A DNA stretch of 64,000 nt from an uncultured Spirochaetota bacterium (lineage in GTDB: Bacteria; Spirochaetota; Brevinematia; Brevinematales; JAOACQ01): contig CAWAOD010000005.1 of assembly GCA_963783575.1 (NCBI GenBank), forward strand, positions 586,189-650,188. Direction: 5' to 3'. This document shows positions 1 to 11,092 of the stretch, piece by piece. The translations under genes and the position numbers were made by a program. The notes beneath the pieces were generated by a model, which had not been told where the DNA came from, made no database searches, and saw only the letters and a list, made by a program, of their open reading frames with translations. Position 1 is the first letter of the stretch; every line of letters starts with the position of its first letter.

Positions 1-2162
1 TCAAAAGTTTCCAGCATTTTCCATTCAATTATAGGAATATTTTTTAGCGCTTCGATTGGGATGGCCATAATTTCCGCAGATGTTTTTGCGACAGCTGTAA
101 AAATGTTGGACGATCCTATCAGGAATTCCTCTTCTCCGAAGAAATCACCCGGAAGAAGAAAATCGATATACTTATTTTCAGCATAAATTTGTGCTTCTCC
201 GCTCTTCAGCAGGATAATCCTTGGATTATCGGCCTGAATCAATGAATCGCCGGGCTGGACCGATTCAATAACAATTTTTTTTGCTATCCAGTACTGAATA
301 AGGCTGGAAACCATTTCTCCAAAAAGTTCCGTGCTTTGTAAAAAACTAATAATCTCGTAAATTCTTTTTAATTCTTCTTGATTTACATTTCTGCTGATAA
401 ATTCATTATAAATTTCAATGGGTATTTTTAAAACTTTAATATAGCTGACTGCACGATAGGTTCTTCTGGAGGGTTCCCGAAACAGTGCGGAAATTTCGCC
501 TAGAAAGGACCCTGGAGATAGTTTATAAGAAACCTTTTTTTCGGAATCTATATATTCAGCTACACCGCCCAAAATAAGATAAATATGCCGGTTTTCATCC
601 CCTTTTTTAATAATTATTTCACCGACACCGCATGTTATTACACTGCAATTTAGCAGCATATCCAAATCAAAGACGGGAGCCTTTGGAAAATATTCTCTCA
701 GGAAAACATAAGCCGATTGCATATAATAATCCTTGTTAGACTTTATAAGAATGTCTTCCTGCCCGAAAGTAGCGTTTGATCCGATTTCCTTCTCCTGGGG
801 CGTCAGTTCTCTTGAAGTATGGCTTAAAATAATCTTTAAAGATTGATCTTTCGAAAAATCCGCTGCTTCGCCATGAATCATCCCGCCGCCGATATCTATT
901 TTTTTCTCATTGACAGGCAATAAAAGACTGGTTTTAAACCGTTCATAGAGCATTTTGGCTGCAGGATTGCTTTCAGATTCTTTCAGCAATACCGAATCCA
1001 ATACTTTCAAAGAAGGGATATCGGCAAAATGTGCATAGGTTTTATAACCGCCTTCCCAGAATGCGCGGAAAAACATAATGGAGTTTTCAACAGGATGAGG
1101 TGAAAATATCGGCATTACCTCCAGCCCATTAATATTATTCCATTCATCGAATTGTAAGTCATGAATGATAAAGGTGTTTTCAAAGCGCTGTTTCGATATT
1201 GACATAAGTGCGGACAATTTTTTTGATATTGAAGCCCTAACAAGCGGGGTAGCATAATAATTTATTTTATGATCCGATCGGACAAGGGATGTCAGGCCGG
1301 CAAAATGGTCGTCATGGGCATGAGTATGGAAAATTCCTTCAATCTCATTTACGCTGATGCCCAGCGCTATTAAGCTTTGTAAAATATTAGGACCGGTATC
1401 GATCAAATAAAATTTACCCTGAAAATTAATGATACTTGACATGCAGGGTTTTGTGACATCCCAGCCGTCACCTTCGCCAATATGGATAACAGAGAAGTAT
1501 TCGCGGTTGATATGGTGATAATCGAGATTTACAGGCGGTTTATATTCCTCTCCTTTTCCCAATGAAAGATCTACCGTCAGACTTATATCTTTATATTTAA
1601 ATTCATATATGTTCAAACCTTTTCTTTTGACGGTTACATCGTTCTTAATTTCAACCGGGGAGGATTCTACAGCCCGGAAGTCAATCAATTCCTCGGTTTT
1701 TTTGATTTTGTCAAAAGCGAATTTCAGTTTTAACTTAAACATTGCTTCTGCAATATCTCTGGATATACCGGTTTCCAGAATTTCATCTAAACTTGTCAAT
1801 CCATAATTTCCTCTCAGCAAGTACTCACTTTGAGCTGTAACCTGAATCGGATGACCGATCAATATTGGCTTTTCCCCTGTATTATTCGGGTGGCCGGGCA
1901 GAATCATTCCCTGCCTGTACAGCATCTGTAGTATTGGAAATTCGGCCAGATTTGAAAATTGACCGTTTTGTATTGATACATCCGATAAAAGGATGGCATT
2001 AGGGCCGGTTTCATATGAGATGCCGTTTTTCATTTTCGGCACGATAAAACCTCGAATCATTAAGTGTTTAACTACATCGGCCGGACATCCGCATAGAATG
2101 TAGAGATTTTCCTCGGGAATTTCAACCCAAAACACACCATTTGTAATTTTAATTTTATCCAT
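1..2162 (-). CDS. MBL-fold metallo-hydrolase with two C-terminal cyclic-nucleotide-binding domains (3' end runs off window; absent from ORF track)
   Basis: Manual translation from ATG at 2162 (MDKIKITNGVFWVEIP...) is open for 720 codons to the edge; contains LIDTG and FHTHAHDDHFAG (HxHxDH), and cNMP-type GSFLGE...RTYRA and GDFFGE motifs; AGGAG RBS upstream. Confidence 0.85.
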   Translation of the reverse strand, partial: MDKIKITNGVFWVEIPEENLYILCGCPADVVKHLMIRGFIVPKMKNGISYETGPNAILLSDVSIQNGQFSNLAEFPILQMLYRQGMILPGHPNNTGEKPILIGHPIQVTAQSEYLLRGNYGLTSLDEILETGISRDIAEAMFKLKLKFAFDKIKKTEELIDFRAVESSPVEIKNDVTVKRKGLNIYEFKYKDISLTVDLSLGKGEEYKPPVNLDYHHINREYFSVIHIGEGDGWDVTKPCMSSIINFQGKFYLIDTGPNILQSLIALGISVNEIEGIFHTHAHDDHFAGLTSLVRSDHKINYYATPLVRASISKKLSALMSISKQRFENTFIIHDLQFDEWNNINGLEVMPIFSPHPVENSIMFFRAFWEGGYKTYAHFADIPSLKVLDSVLLKESESNPAAKMLYERFKTSLLLPVNEKKIDIGGGMIHGEAADFSKDQSLKIILSHTSRELTPQEKEIGSNATFGQEDILIKSNKDYYMQSAYVFLREYFPKAPVFDLDMLLNCSVITCGVGEIIIKKGDENRHIYLILGGVAEYIDSEKKVSYKLSPGSFLGEISALFREPSRRTYRAVSYIKVLKIPIEIYNEFISRNVNQEELKRIYEIISFLQSTELFGEMVSSLIQYWIAKKIVIESVQPGDSLIQADNPRIILLKSGEAQIYAENKYIDFLLPGDFFGEEEFLIGSSNIFTAVAKTSAEIMAIPIEALKNIPIIEWKMLETF

Positions 2163-2591
2163 AAAATCTCCTTTACCAAAAGTCAAGTACTTCTGAATAA
2201 AAAATTCCAAATCTATTAGTCTTAACTTTTTACCCGATTGTGTTTTTCCTTATTTTTCTTTCTTAACTAAAATTATCTCATATTATAAAGCTGTTGCAAT
2301 TTTTTGCAATCAAAAAAGAATTTATTTTTTCATTTTGTTGGATAGTTTTTTATAACATATTTTCTTTTTAAACTTTTATAGAATAAACCTTTCTTAAAGG
2401 TAAATTTAAATACAATTATATTATTTGACTTTTATAATTTATAATATTATGTTATGGAACAATTTAATAATAATAAGTAATATTGTTAATAGATGTATGA
2501 AACGTCAGTGTGTCTTAAGTTATAATTTCCTAAGCCGATTTAACACGCTATTATCAGAACTTTATTTATAAAATTTTTATGGGGATTCATT

Positions 2592-3083
2592 TTGAAATAC
2601 AATGAATCTATAACAATTAGAAATGATATTAAGCCTGGAGATTTGGGTTATATTACTTATTTCCATGGGATAATATACAATAAAGAATACGGATTTGATA
2701 TTACTTTTGAAAGGTATATAGCAGTACCTTTATCCGATTTTATTTTCATCAGAGATCCTAAAAGTAGAATCTGGATATTAGAAAGAAAAGGTAAAATATT
2801 AGGAAGTATAGCAATAGTAAATATTGATAATATTCAAGCGCAATTGCGATGGTTTTTAATAGATCCATCACTCCGAGGGAAAGGACATGGAAAGAAATTA
2901 CTGGAAGAATCGTTAACGTTTTGCAGAGAGATGAATTTTAAAAAAATCATATTGTGGACAATAAACTTTTTGGATGCGGCAATTCATTTATATATAGAAT
3001 ACGGTTTTGTATTTGTGGAGGAAAAAAAACATGTTATTTGGGGAAAAGAAATAATAGAACAGAAATATGAATTAATGTTATAG
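2592..3083 (+). CDS. GNAT family N-acetyltransferase
   Basis: QLRWFLIDPSLRGKGHGKKL acetyl-CoA motif A; AIHLY..YGF motif B; GGGGA RBS with TTG start. Confidence 0.9.
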   Translation: MKYNESITIRNDIKPGDLGYITYFHGIIYNKEYGFDITFERYIAVPLSDFIFIRDPKSRIWILERKGKILGSIAIVNIDNIQAQLRWFLIDPSLRGKGHGKKLLEESLTFCREMNFKKIILWTINFLDAAIHLYIEYGFVFVEEKKHVIWGKEIIEQKYELML

Positions 3084-3104
3084 AAAGAATTATTTCCGGC
3101 TTTT

Positions 3105-3581
3105 TCAGGTGTAACGTTTTTTCATATCATTGAGGATTGTATAATGCTTTCTTTCCTCTTCAATAATCTTCTCAATGGCTTCATACTGAGTCTTGGGAAT
3201 AAGATTCTTTATTTCATGATAATAAAAAATGGAATCCAGCTCCCGCTGCAATGCGAAATTAAAAGCATCAACCGTATCCTTTACCTGCGCCAAGTGTTTA
3301 TCCATAACTTCTTTTGTAAAAATAATGTTGTTATCCACATAACTGCGAAGATAAGCGCTATATTCACCGGCATAGTTTTCCTGCGGATTGTAGTTTTCTA
3401 TATTGGCAGATATAGATTCAAAAGTATCTTTATGCTCTGCTTCCGCTTTGGCAAGAGAGGCAAAAAGCTTTTTTGCTTCCTCTTGCTTGGCAAGTTGCTC
3501 TGCAAATTTATAAAAATTAATACCATTCTCTTCAATCCGGATAGCAACTTCCATTATATCGCTTGCTGAAAAACTCTGCAT
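3105..3581 (-). CDS. Ferritin-like / rubrerythrin-family diiron protein
   Basis: AIRIEENGINFY, EAEH, ELDSIFYY, EERKH diiron four-helix motifs; no rubredoxin CxxC. Confidence 0.85.
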   Translation of the reverse strand: MQSFSASDIMEVAIRIEENGINFYKFAEQLAKQEEAKKLFASLAKAEAEHKDTFESISANIENYNPQENYAGEYSAYLRSYVDNNIIFTKEVMDKHLAQVKDTVDAFNFALQRELDSIFYYHEIKNLIPKTQYEAIEKIIEEERKHYTILNDMKKRYT

Positions 3582-3660
3582 TCTATAACCTCCTAAAGAA
3601 TTACCCTTTTACAAACATTTGCATTCACTTAGAAAGCAAAAAATACCAATATAATCAAAT

Positions 3661-4725
<1,065 letters not shown>

Positions 4726-4997
4726 TTAAGTAATTTAAACAGCTGTACCTATAATGTCAAATCATAACGGAAAATAGATAATTACTTATTAAGAATAATA
4801 ATAATAAAAAGAATTTAAAATTCAGTACACAATATTTCATTACCAAGTAATTACATTTAAGCATTGGCTGAAAGTAAGTATCTTCAACAGTCAAAGAAAG
4901 AAAATGGTTCGCTTGGAAAAATAGAAAAAGCTCTTTCTAGTTATGAAGAAATAAAAATGGTGTATTAAAAATTTGAAAATATTATTTTTTATTGATC

Positions 4998-5686
4998 TTA
5001 AAATAATTCATTCATATTAAATGGTTTTCCATGTCCGGGATATACTTTGTTAATTTTTAACCTCTTCAGTCTTTCCAAGCTTGCATTTAATTTGTTTAAG
5101 TCTTCACCCTGCGGGCTAACAGCCGGTTTCCCATAATTTCTGAGAATGTCTCCGGAAATTAAATCGTTGTTTTCTGTCAGAATTCCTATAGAACCTTTTG
5201 TATGACCGGGAATGTGAAGCACAATTGCATTGAATCCATATTTATTAAGTTCCTGTCCATCCTCTAAATACAAATCCGGTTTAAAACCATCATAACCAGA
5301 CTTTATTTTATTTTCAATAAATTTAATCCCTGTAATTAACCCGCTAATTTTCAAAATAATCCTGGAAATAAGCAGATTAGCCTGCCTGTTCTTTAAACTT
5401 TTCGCATGTTCTTCAAAACTTTCTGTCATAATCGAATCATTTTATGCATAACTATTATTGTTTTATATCGATTGCGGATATACAGTGCGTTACCGGTATG
5501 ATCAGCGTCTCCATGTGTCAAAATTATTAATTTAAGATTTCCGGGAATGCAGCCTGCTAATTTCAATTCATTTTCAAGCTTGATACGATTGCCTGAAAAT
5601 CCTGTGTCTATTAAAACAAACCCGGTATCAGTTTTTATAAGGAAGCTGTTAACAACACCTAATTTAATTGTTATAATTTCCTGCAT
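4998..5686 (-). pseudogene. MBL-fold metallo-hydrolase split by a 1-nt frameshift (pseudogene or sequencing indel)
   Basis: 5426..5686 has LIDTG and THGDADH; 4998..5429 has PGHTKG, SGD, PGHG. Adding one base to the T4 run at 5440-5443 gives continuous ...MHKNDSIMTE... Confidence 0.8.
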
Positions 5687-5710
5687 AACATTTTATCCTA
5701 AATATTTGAG

Positions 5711-6532
5711 TCAGGCTGAAAACTTTAAATGAACAATATTAATTGACTTCCATTTATCAATAATTTTTATTGTCTTTATTGTATTTTGATCCCAGCTGTC
5801 TTCCATTTTAATTTTTGAAAAAATTGGATATTGTTCCAATATCACTATTCTTTTATCCCATTTTTTTATTTTATTTATATTGTTAATTTTCCATTTTCCG
5901 GCTTCCGCTTTTTCCATTCCTATGCGTTTCATTGTAGTATATGCTATAAATGTAGTTACAATATTTTTACGTATTGTATTAAATATAATTTCACTTTCCG
6001 GAAAATTATCAGCTAAATCCGAAAAAAAATTTTTGACAATATTTTTATTAAAATAATCCAGAACACCGCCTGAAATAAACAGTACTCCATCTTTAACATT
6101 ATCAATATATTTAATCCACCGTAAATCAAAAATAGATCCTTCAATGCAGTGAGAATTTTTTGTCTCGGGAATAAGTTTTTTTCGTATTTCAATAACATCA
6201 GGGAGATCAATATCATACCAATTCAACTGTCCGTTATCAACTCGATAAAAAGTCGTGTCAAGGCCTGCTCCCAGATTTATAATCGCTGCTTTCGGATGAT
6301 TTATCAAGAATTCATTTACGGTATTTTCAAGCATTTTTGCTCTTACTAGATGCATTATGTGAAGAGATTCGGGATAATATTTTTCTATTTTACTAAAATC
6401 ATATTGTATTTTATCAACGATATCAATTGCTTTTAAATCAATGAGAATAGAATTTTTTTCCCTGCTTAATTTTGCGCGGCTCCATAAAGGTAATAATAAC
6501 GTTTCCTGAATACCATCCAAATTTATTTTCAT
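5711..6532 (-). CDS. Class I SAM-dependent methyltransferase (LCM/TcmP-like O-methyltransferase)
   Basis: ETLLLPLWSRA, INLGAGLDT, WYDIDLPDVI motifs. Confidence 0.9.
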   Translation of the reverse strand: MKINLDGIQETLLLPLWSRAKLSREKNSILIDLKAIDIVDKIQYDFSKIEKYYPESLHIMHLVRAKMLENTVNEFLINHPKAAIINLGAGLDTTFYRVDNGQLNWYDIDLPDVIEIRKKLIPETKNSHCIEGSIFDLRWIKYIDNVKDGVLFISGGVLDYFNKNIVKNFFSDLADNFPESEIIFNTIRKNIVTTFIAYTTMKRIGMEKAEAGKWKINNINKIKKWDKRIVILEQYPIFSKIKMEDSWDQNTIKTIKIIDKWKSINIVHLKFSA

Positions 6533-6782
6533 ATAGCAATTCCTTCAAAATTCTCTAAAAAAATCATTTTACTTTAATATTGTTAAAATAGAATAATCAG
6601 ATATTCTAATACTTCAATCTGAATTAATCAAATTTTAAATAAAATTCCAGGAATAAGATGTGAAGATTATAAGGATTGGCTTTATCTTTTTAAATAACAA
6701 ACTTAATATTATCTTTTCAATTTGATGAGTTTTTTAATCAGTTAAATTATAATTAGTTAAATTAGTAAGAAGGCAAAAGATT

Positions 6783-7658
6783 ATGATGCAAAAAAGACAT
6801 TTAAGTATATTTTTAAAACTTTTGCCTCTTCTGTTCCCTTTTCTGGCACTTGTAGCAACAGGTTTATGTTTTACCGTATTGCAGTCTTTCGGAATAGGAA
6901 TGTTCGGGTACCATTATTCATCGCCATTTTTTGCTTACAAAACGGTATTTTCAGAAAAATGGTTTGTTAATTCTTTCTTTTTTTCATTTTATGTGGCTAT
7001 TGTATCCGCTTTGATCGCTACTGCTCTGGGGATACTTTTTTCCTGCTGGGTCTGGTCCTTACCAATTAAAATACGGCAATTTGCCGTTTTACAACGCATA
7101 TTTCTGATCCTTCCGCATATTTCGGTAGCTTTCATTATCGTGATTCTTTTCAGCAGGACAGGGGTCTTATCCTCAATATTTTACCAGCTCCACCTGATCC
7201 AAAGAGCCGAACAATTCCCTTCTTTTGTCTATTCAGGAAACGGGCTGGATGTTATCGCCGGTTACATATTCAAGGAAGTGCCGTTCGTTATGGTTATGGT
7301 TCTGGGAATACTGGCTAAATTGGATGTCCGGCAGGTCGAAACCGCCAGGATGCTTGGCGGAAATAACCGGATGATCTTTTTCCGCATTATACTGCCTTTT
7401 ATAATGCCGGTTACAAATACAGCCTTCCTGATAATTTTCATTTACAGTTTCGGCGCTTTTGATTTACCGTTTGTTCTTGGCGGCAGCTACCCCGGAATGA
7501 TTTCTTTGAGGGTATACGAATACTATTTTCAAAGGGATTTATATTACCGGCCAATCGCAATGGCCATACTTACGCTGCTTTTCTTCTTTTCCCTCTTTTT
7601 TATATTGCTTTATTCCCGGCTTGCGGAAAGACTTGAGAATGATGTGAGGAAGATATGA
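6783..7658 (+). CDS. ABC transporter permease (PotB/YnjC N-half-like)
   Basis: Six TM segments; KEVPF and ETARMLG (EAA loop). Confidence 0.9.
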   Translation: MMQKRHLSIFLKLLPLLFPFLALVATGLCFTVLQSFGIGMFGYHYSSPFFAYKTVFSEKWFVNSFFFSFYVAIVSALIATALGILFSCWVWSLPIKIRQFAVLQRIFLILPHISVAFIIVILFSRTGVLSSIFYQLHLIQRAEQFPSFVYSGNGLDVIAGYIFKEVPFVMVMVLGILAKLDVRQVETARMLGGNNRMIFFRIILPFIMPVTNTAFLIIFIYSFGAFDLPFVLGGSYPGMISLRVYEYYFQRDLYYRPIAMAILTLLFFFSLFFILLYSRLAERLENDVRKI

Positions 7659-8452
7659 AAAAAGGATGGGCTGAAGTATGGATTCCCGTTATTATTTTTA
7701 ACGCTGTCTTTACCTTTCCGGGACTGGTACTTGTCTTTTATACCTTCTCCTCAATGTGGAAATTCCCGGAGATAATACCGGGGCGTTATGATTTCCACAG
7801 TTTCAATTATCTACTGAAAGAAGCCCCGGGAATAATAAAAAGCCTCGCCTCTTCTTTAATTTATTCGATCTGTTCAGTTGCAGCCACATTTGTCATATCT
7901 GTTTTACCGGCATCTGTTTTTGCCCGCTACAGCTTTCCTTTCCGCAGACTTCTCGAAGGATTATTCCTTGCGCCGGCATTGATACCTTCCATGGCTTTTT
8001 CTATGGGAATCCATATCTTATTCATTAAAGCGGGACTTTCCGATACTCTAACCGGAGTTGTAATTGTATTGTCGATTGTTAATTATCCTTATATGCTGAG
8101 GGCGCTGACAGCCGGTTTTCAATCTTATGGATTCTCTTATACCGAATGTGCTGGGAATCTTGGAGCCGGCTTTTTCCAGACCCTCCTTGAAGTGGAAATC
8201 CCTCTTTTAATACCGGCCATTGTTTCCGGCGGATCTGTTGTTTTTCTTATTTCCTTCTCTGAGTATTTCCTTGTATTTCTTATAGGCGGGGGCAGCGTTC
8301 CTTCCTATACGGGTTATTTATTCCCTCTTCTCAATTCTTCGGATAGGAGCACGGCTTCATTATTAACTTTGATCTTCCTCATTCTTCCCGTTATGCTTTT
8401 TTTTCTAATTGATTTAATGGTAATGCGGATTTATAGAAAAAAAGGGATATAA
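7655..8452 (+). CDS. ABC transporter permease (PotC/YnjC C-half-like)
   Basis: ATGA overlap with previous gene; ECAGNLGA EAA-like loop; FLISFSEY. Confidence 0.9.
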   Translation: MKKGWAEVWIPVIIFNAVFTFPGLVLVFYTFSSMWKFPEIIPGRYDFHSFNYLLKEAPGIIKSLASSLIYSICSVAATFVISVLPASVFARYSFPFRRLLEGLFLAPALIPSMAFSMGIHILFIKAGLSDTLTGVVIVLSIVNYPYMLRALTAGFQSYGFSYTECAGNLGAGFFQTLLEVEIPLLIPAIVSGGSVVFLISFSEYFLVFLIGGGSVPSYTGYLFPLLNSSDRSTASLLTLIFLILPVMLFFLIDLMVMRIYRKKGI

Positions 8453-8467
8453 TAAAGTCTCCGGCCC

Positions 8468-9670
8468 CTATTTTCCAAGGACTTCCCGGCTCCAGCCATC
8501 CTCGAGTTTTTCAACATAAGCCGAAGGTATTTCAGGAACGCCGTTCTTCGCCAGTATTTCAAGCGGAAGCGTTGCCTCTCCGAGATCAAGCTTATGGAAG
8601 TTATTCTGCCATTCGCTAGAAAGCCGCTTAATATCGAGGACGGTAAAATCCCCCCAATTTTTAGGTTCATTCTTGGAATACTGGGCTTCGGGAGACATTA
8701 AAAAATTAGCGACCATCATGGCACCCGCTTTATTCCGCGCGTTATAAGCGATCGCGGTAAAATGAGTATTGAATATGGAACAATCCTGCATTACAGTAGT
8801 CCTGACTGTTGAAGGATAACGGCCTTCTATAATCCGGTTCTGAGCATCGGCCTGGTGGTACGACATATTGAAATCCACTTCTCCCCTTTCAAAAAGAGTA
8901 TCGAGAGCGGCTATATCCTTCGGATATGTTTTTCCCTCCTGCCATAGGAAGGGTTTCATATCGTTCAGATATTTCCAGAGGCTTTTTGTCTTTTCTTTAA
9001 AAAGATTTTCGTCATAACCCTTCATATATTGCATAAATCCCCCGGTCGAGGCGTAAAAAGCCTGCCGGATAAATGCCGAGCCCGTGAAGTCCGGAGGCTG
9101 GGGATATGTAAAACGGCCGTGGTTTTTCTTAACCCATGCGAGCAATTCCGAAAAATTTTTTGGAGGATTCCCGATCTTTGCCGAATCGTACTCAAAAACG
9201 AATTGCGCCCTTCCATATGGAGCTTCAAAGCCTTTAACAGGATAACCGAAATCAAATTCAACCGATACGGGATCAACATAATTTTTGAAATTTGGCAGTT
9301 TTTGAGTAAATGGCCCAAAAAGAAGCCCGTTTTCCATAGCATCGCGAAAATTTTCACCGTTAATCCATACCAGGTCGATCGTACCGCTTGATTTTCCGGC
9401 CTGTTTCTCACTTAGAAGCTTATTTACAAATACTCTTGCATCAGCAGGAACCCTGACAAGGTTAATCTCATAACGCGATTTTACTTCCTTCGTAACATAT
9501 TCGTCTATCCATAGATTAATACTTGCGGATCCTCCCCACATATAAAAATTTACCGTAGTATTCCTGGCTGCTTTTTCAATTTCATCATAATTCTTTGAAA
9601 GCCAATCGGTGTCAAAATGCTTAGAGCAGGAACCGAATAAAACCAATAATAAAACAAAAAGTTTTTTCAT
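8468..9670 (-). CDS. ABC transporter substrate-binding lipoprotein, YnjB family
   Basis: Lipobox FGSC; FYMWGG, DLVWINGENF and RFTYPQPPDFTGSAF are YnjB-family signatures. Confidence 0.85.
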   Translation of the reverse strand: MKKLFVLLLVLFGSCSKHFDTDWLSKNYDEIEKAARNTTVNFYMWGGSASINLWIDEYVTKEVKSRYEINLVRVPADARVFVNKLLSEKQAGKSSGTIDLVWINGENFRDAMENGLLFGPFTQKLPNFKNYVDPVSVEFDFGYPVKGFEAPYGRAQFVFEYDSAKIGNPPKNFSELLAWVKKNHGRFTYPQPPDFTGSAFIRQAFYASTGGFMQYMKGYDENLFKEKTKSLWKYLNDMKPFLWQEGKTYPKDIAALDTLFERGEVDFNMSYHQADAQNRIIEGRYPSTVRTTVMQDCSIFNTHFTAIAYNARNKAGAMMVANFLMSPEAQYSKNEPKNWGDFTVLDIKRLSSEWQNNFHKLDLGEATLPLEILAKNGVPEIPSAYVEKLEDGWSREVLGK

Positions 9671-9690
9671 ATTTCCTCCCGACTCACCCC

Positions 9691-11041
9691 CATAAGCGCT
9701 AACTTGTTAAGGAAAAATATTCCACAATTTGCATTTTTCTTCTTCTCTTTTTATTAATAAGTCCTCTGGAAATTCTTATCCAATTTATAAAAATACCGGT
9801 AAGCGAAAGGCATGGAATAATTACTCTCTGCATTTCATGAAGCATAAATGCAAATTCACGCCAACGGCTTACTATCCCTGCCCTGATTAATAATATCATA
9901 ACCCCAGGGGGAAAAAGTCTGGGCTTGCCAGATAAGTTTGTCGTTTAACAGGGCCACAAACAATTTGCCATACAGCCAAGCCTTGGAACTTTCATCTGTA
10001 TATTTAGGCAAATGCCCAAGTTCCGCAAGTTGCTTAAAACGTTTAAATACTAATTCAACCTGCCATCGTAATCTATACCATCGCAGTATTTCTGCCGGCG
10101 GAAAACTTGACTCTTCAAAAGTTGTGAATACAATCACAAACTCCGCATATATTAGTGTCTCCGGTTTTAACTTCTGACTCTTTTTTATAGCATGCTTTTT
10201 AATACGTTTGTGAGCCTTAAGAATAGCTTGTTCAGATTTTCTTATAACACAAACTCTACCGGAAACAGTGGTTTTATCAGGGCATTGTAAATGAACATTC
10301 CATGAACATGCTTGTCCCGATTTCGAAACTTCTGATAATCTATCCAGCCAATTAAATGGCTTACCGGATGAATCGCTAACTACAACATGATGAGGGCTGA
10401 TGCGGACCAATAGAGAAGCTTTCTGCTCAACGGCAAACTTTATTCCCGGAGCCTGACCATAACCTCGATCACCTATAATATAATCACCCGGTTTCAAATC
10501 AAATTGTTTAAACGACTCACCCGTCCCTATACCGTTCATTTGAGTTACGCGAAAGTAGTCACACTTGAATGTAGGTAGTCTAAGACTGTAATGAACCTTC
10601 CATAAACTTCCCGTCCTTCCAGGTTCTTTAACTACAGTAGCATCAAGAAGGCGAACTTCAAATCCATCTTTATTTTCCAGTTTCACACCTCGCTCCTCAA
10701 ATAAACCTTCACATAATGACGCCAACCAATCCGAACTCTTTCTTAATCGCTTCAGCAAGGCAACATCAGATAAATCTGCTAAATTGGCTTCACGAGCCCT
10801 TACTACTGTTTCTCTTAGAGAAAACCCGCCAGCCAGATGAATCAAAAGGGTTCTGAGCAAGTCCTCCTCAGATTTGCACTTACGCAATCCCCTTAATGCA
10901 CCCGTTTCCTTTGCCTTTTCACGCCAACCTATTGGAAACATTGAAACTAAAATATTCCAATCTTCATTAATCATAGCCACCTCCATATAAATATTATAGC
11001 TATGATTTGTAAAAATATCAAGAATCAAGTTAGCGCTTATG
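9691..11041 (-). mobile_element. Complete IS4-family insertion sequence (1351 bp)
   Basis: Perfect 16-bp TIRs CATAAGCGCTAACTTG (9691-9706) / CAAGTTAGCGCTTATG (11026-11041); flanking CCCC duplication; DDE transposase inside. Confidence 0.95.
9856..10974 (-). CDS. IS4-family DDE transposase (probable start 10974 after GGAGG; possibly extended to 9699 by a +1 shift)
   Basis: LLDAT, GDRGY, Y-RLRWQVELVFKRFK (YREK signature). Confidence 0.92.
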   Translation of the reverse strand: MINEDWNILVSMFPIGWREKAKETGALRGLRKCKSEEDLLRTLLIHLAGGFSLRETVVRAREANLADLSDVALLKRLRKSSDWLASLCEGLFEERGVKLENKDGFEVRLLDATVVKEPGRTGSLWKVHYSLRLPTFKCDYFRVTQMNGIGTGESFKQFDLKPGDYIIGDRGYGQAPGIKFAVEQKASLLVRISPHHVVVSDSSGKPFNWLDRLSEVSKSGQACSWNVHLQCPDKTTVSGRVCVIRKSEQAILKAHKRIKKHAIKKSQKLKPETLIYAEFVIVFTTFEESSFPPAEILRWYRLRWQVELVFKRFKQLAELGHLPKYTDESSKAWLYGKLFVALLNDKLIWQAQTFSPWGYDIINQGRDSKPLA

Positions 11042-11088
11042 CCCCCCTTCCCCCTCTCTTTGGTAAAGAGAGGGGGAAGGGGGGTGAG
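11042..11088. repeat. REP-like GC-rich palindrome (24-bp stem, 3-nt loop when joined with 9683-9686), target of the IS
   Basis: CTCA+CCCCCCTTCCCCCTCTCTTT-GGT-AAAGAGAGGGGGAAGGGGGGTGAG is a perfect inverted repeat. Confidence 0.85.
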
Positions 11089-11092
11089 AATT

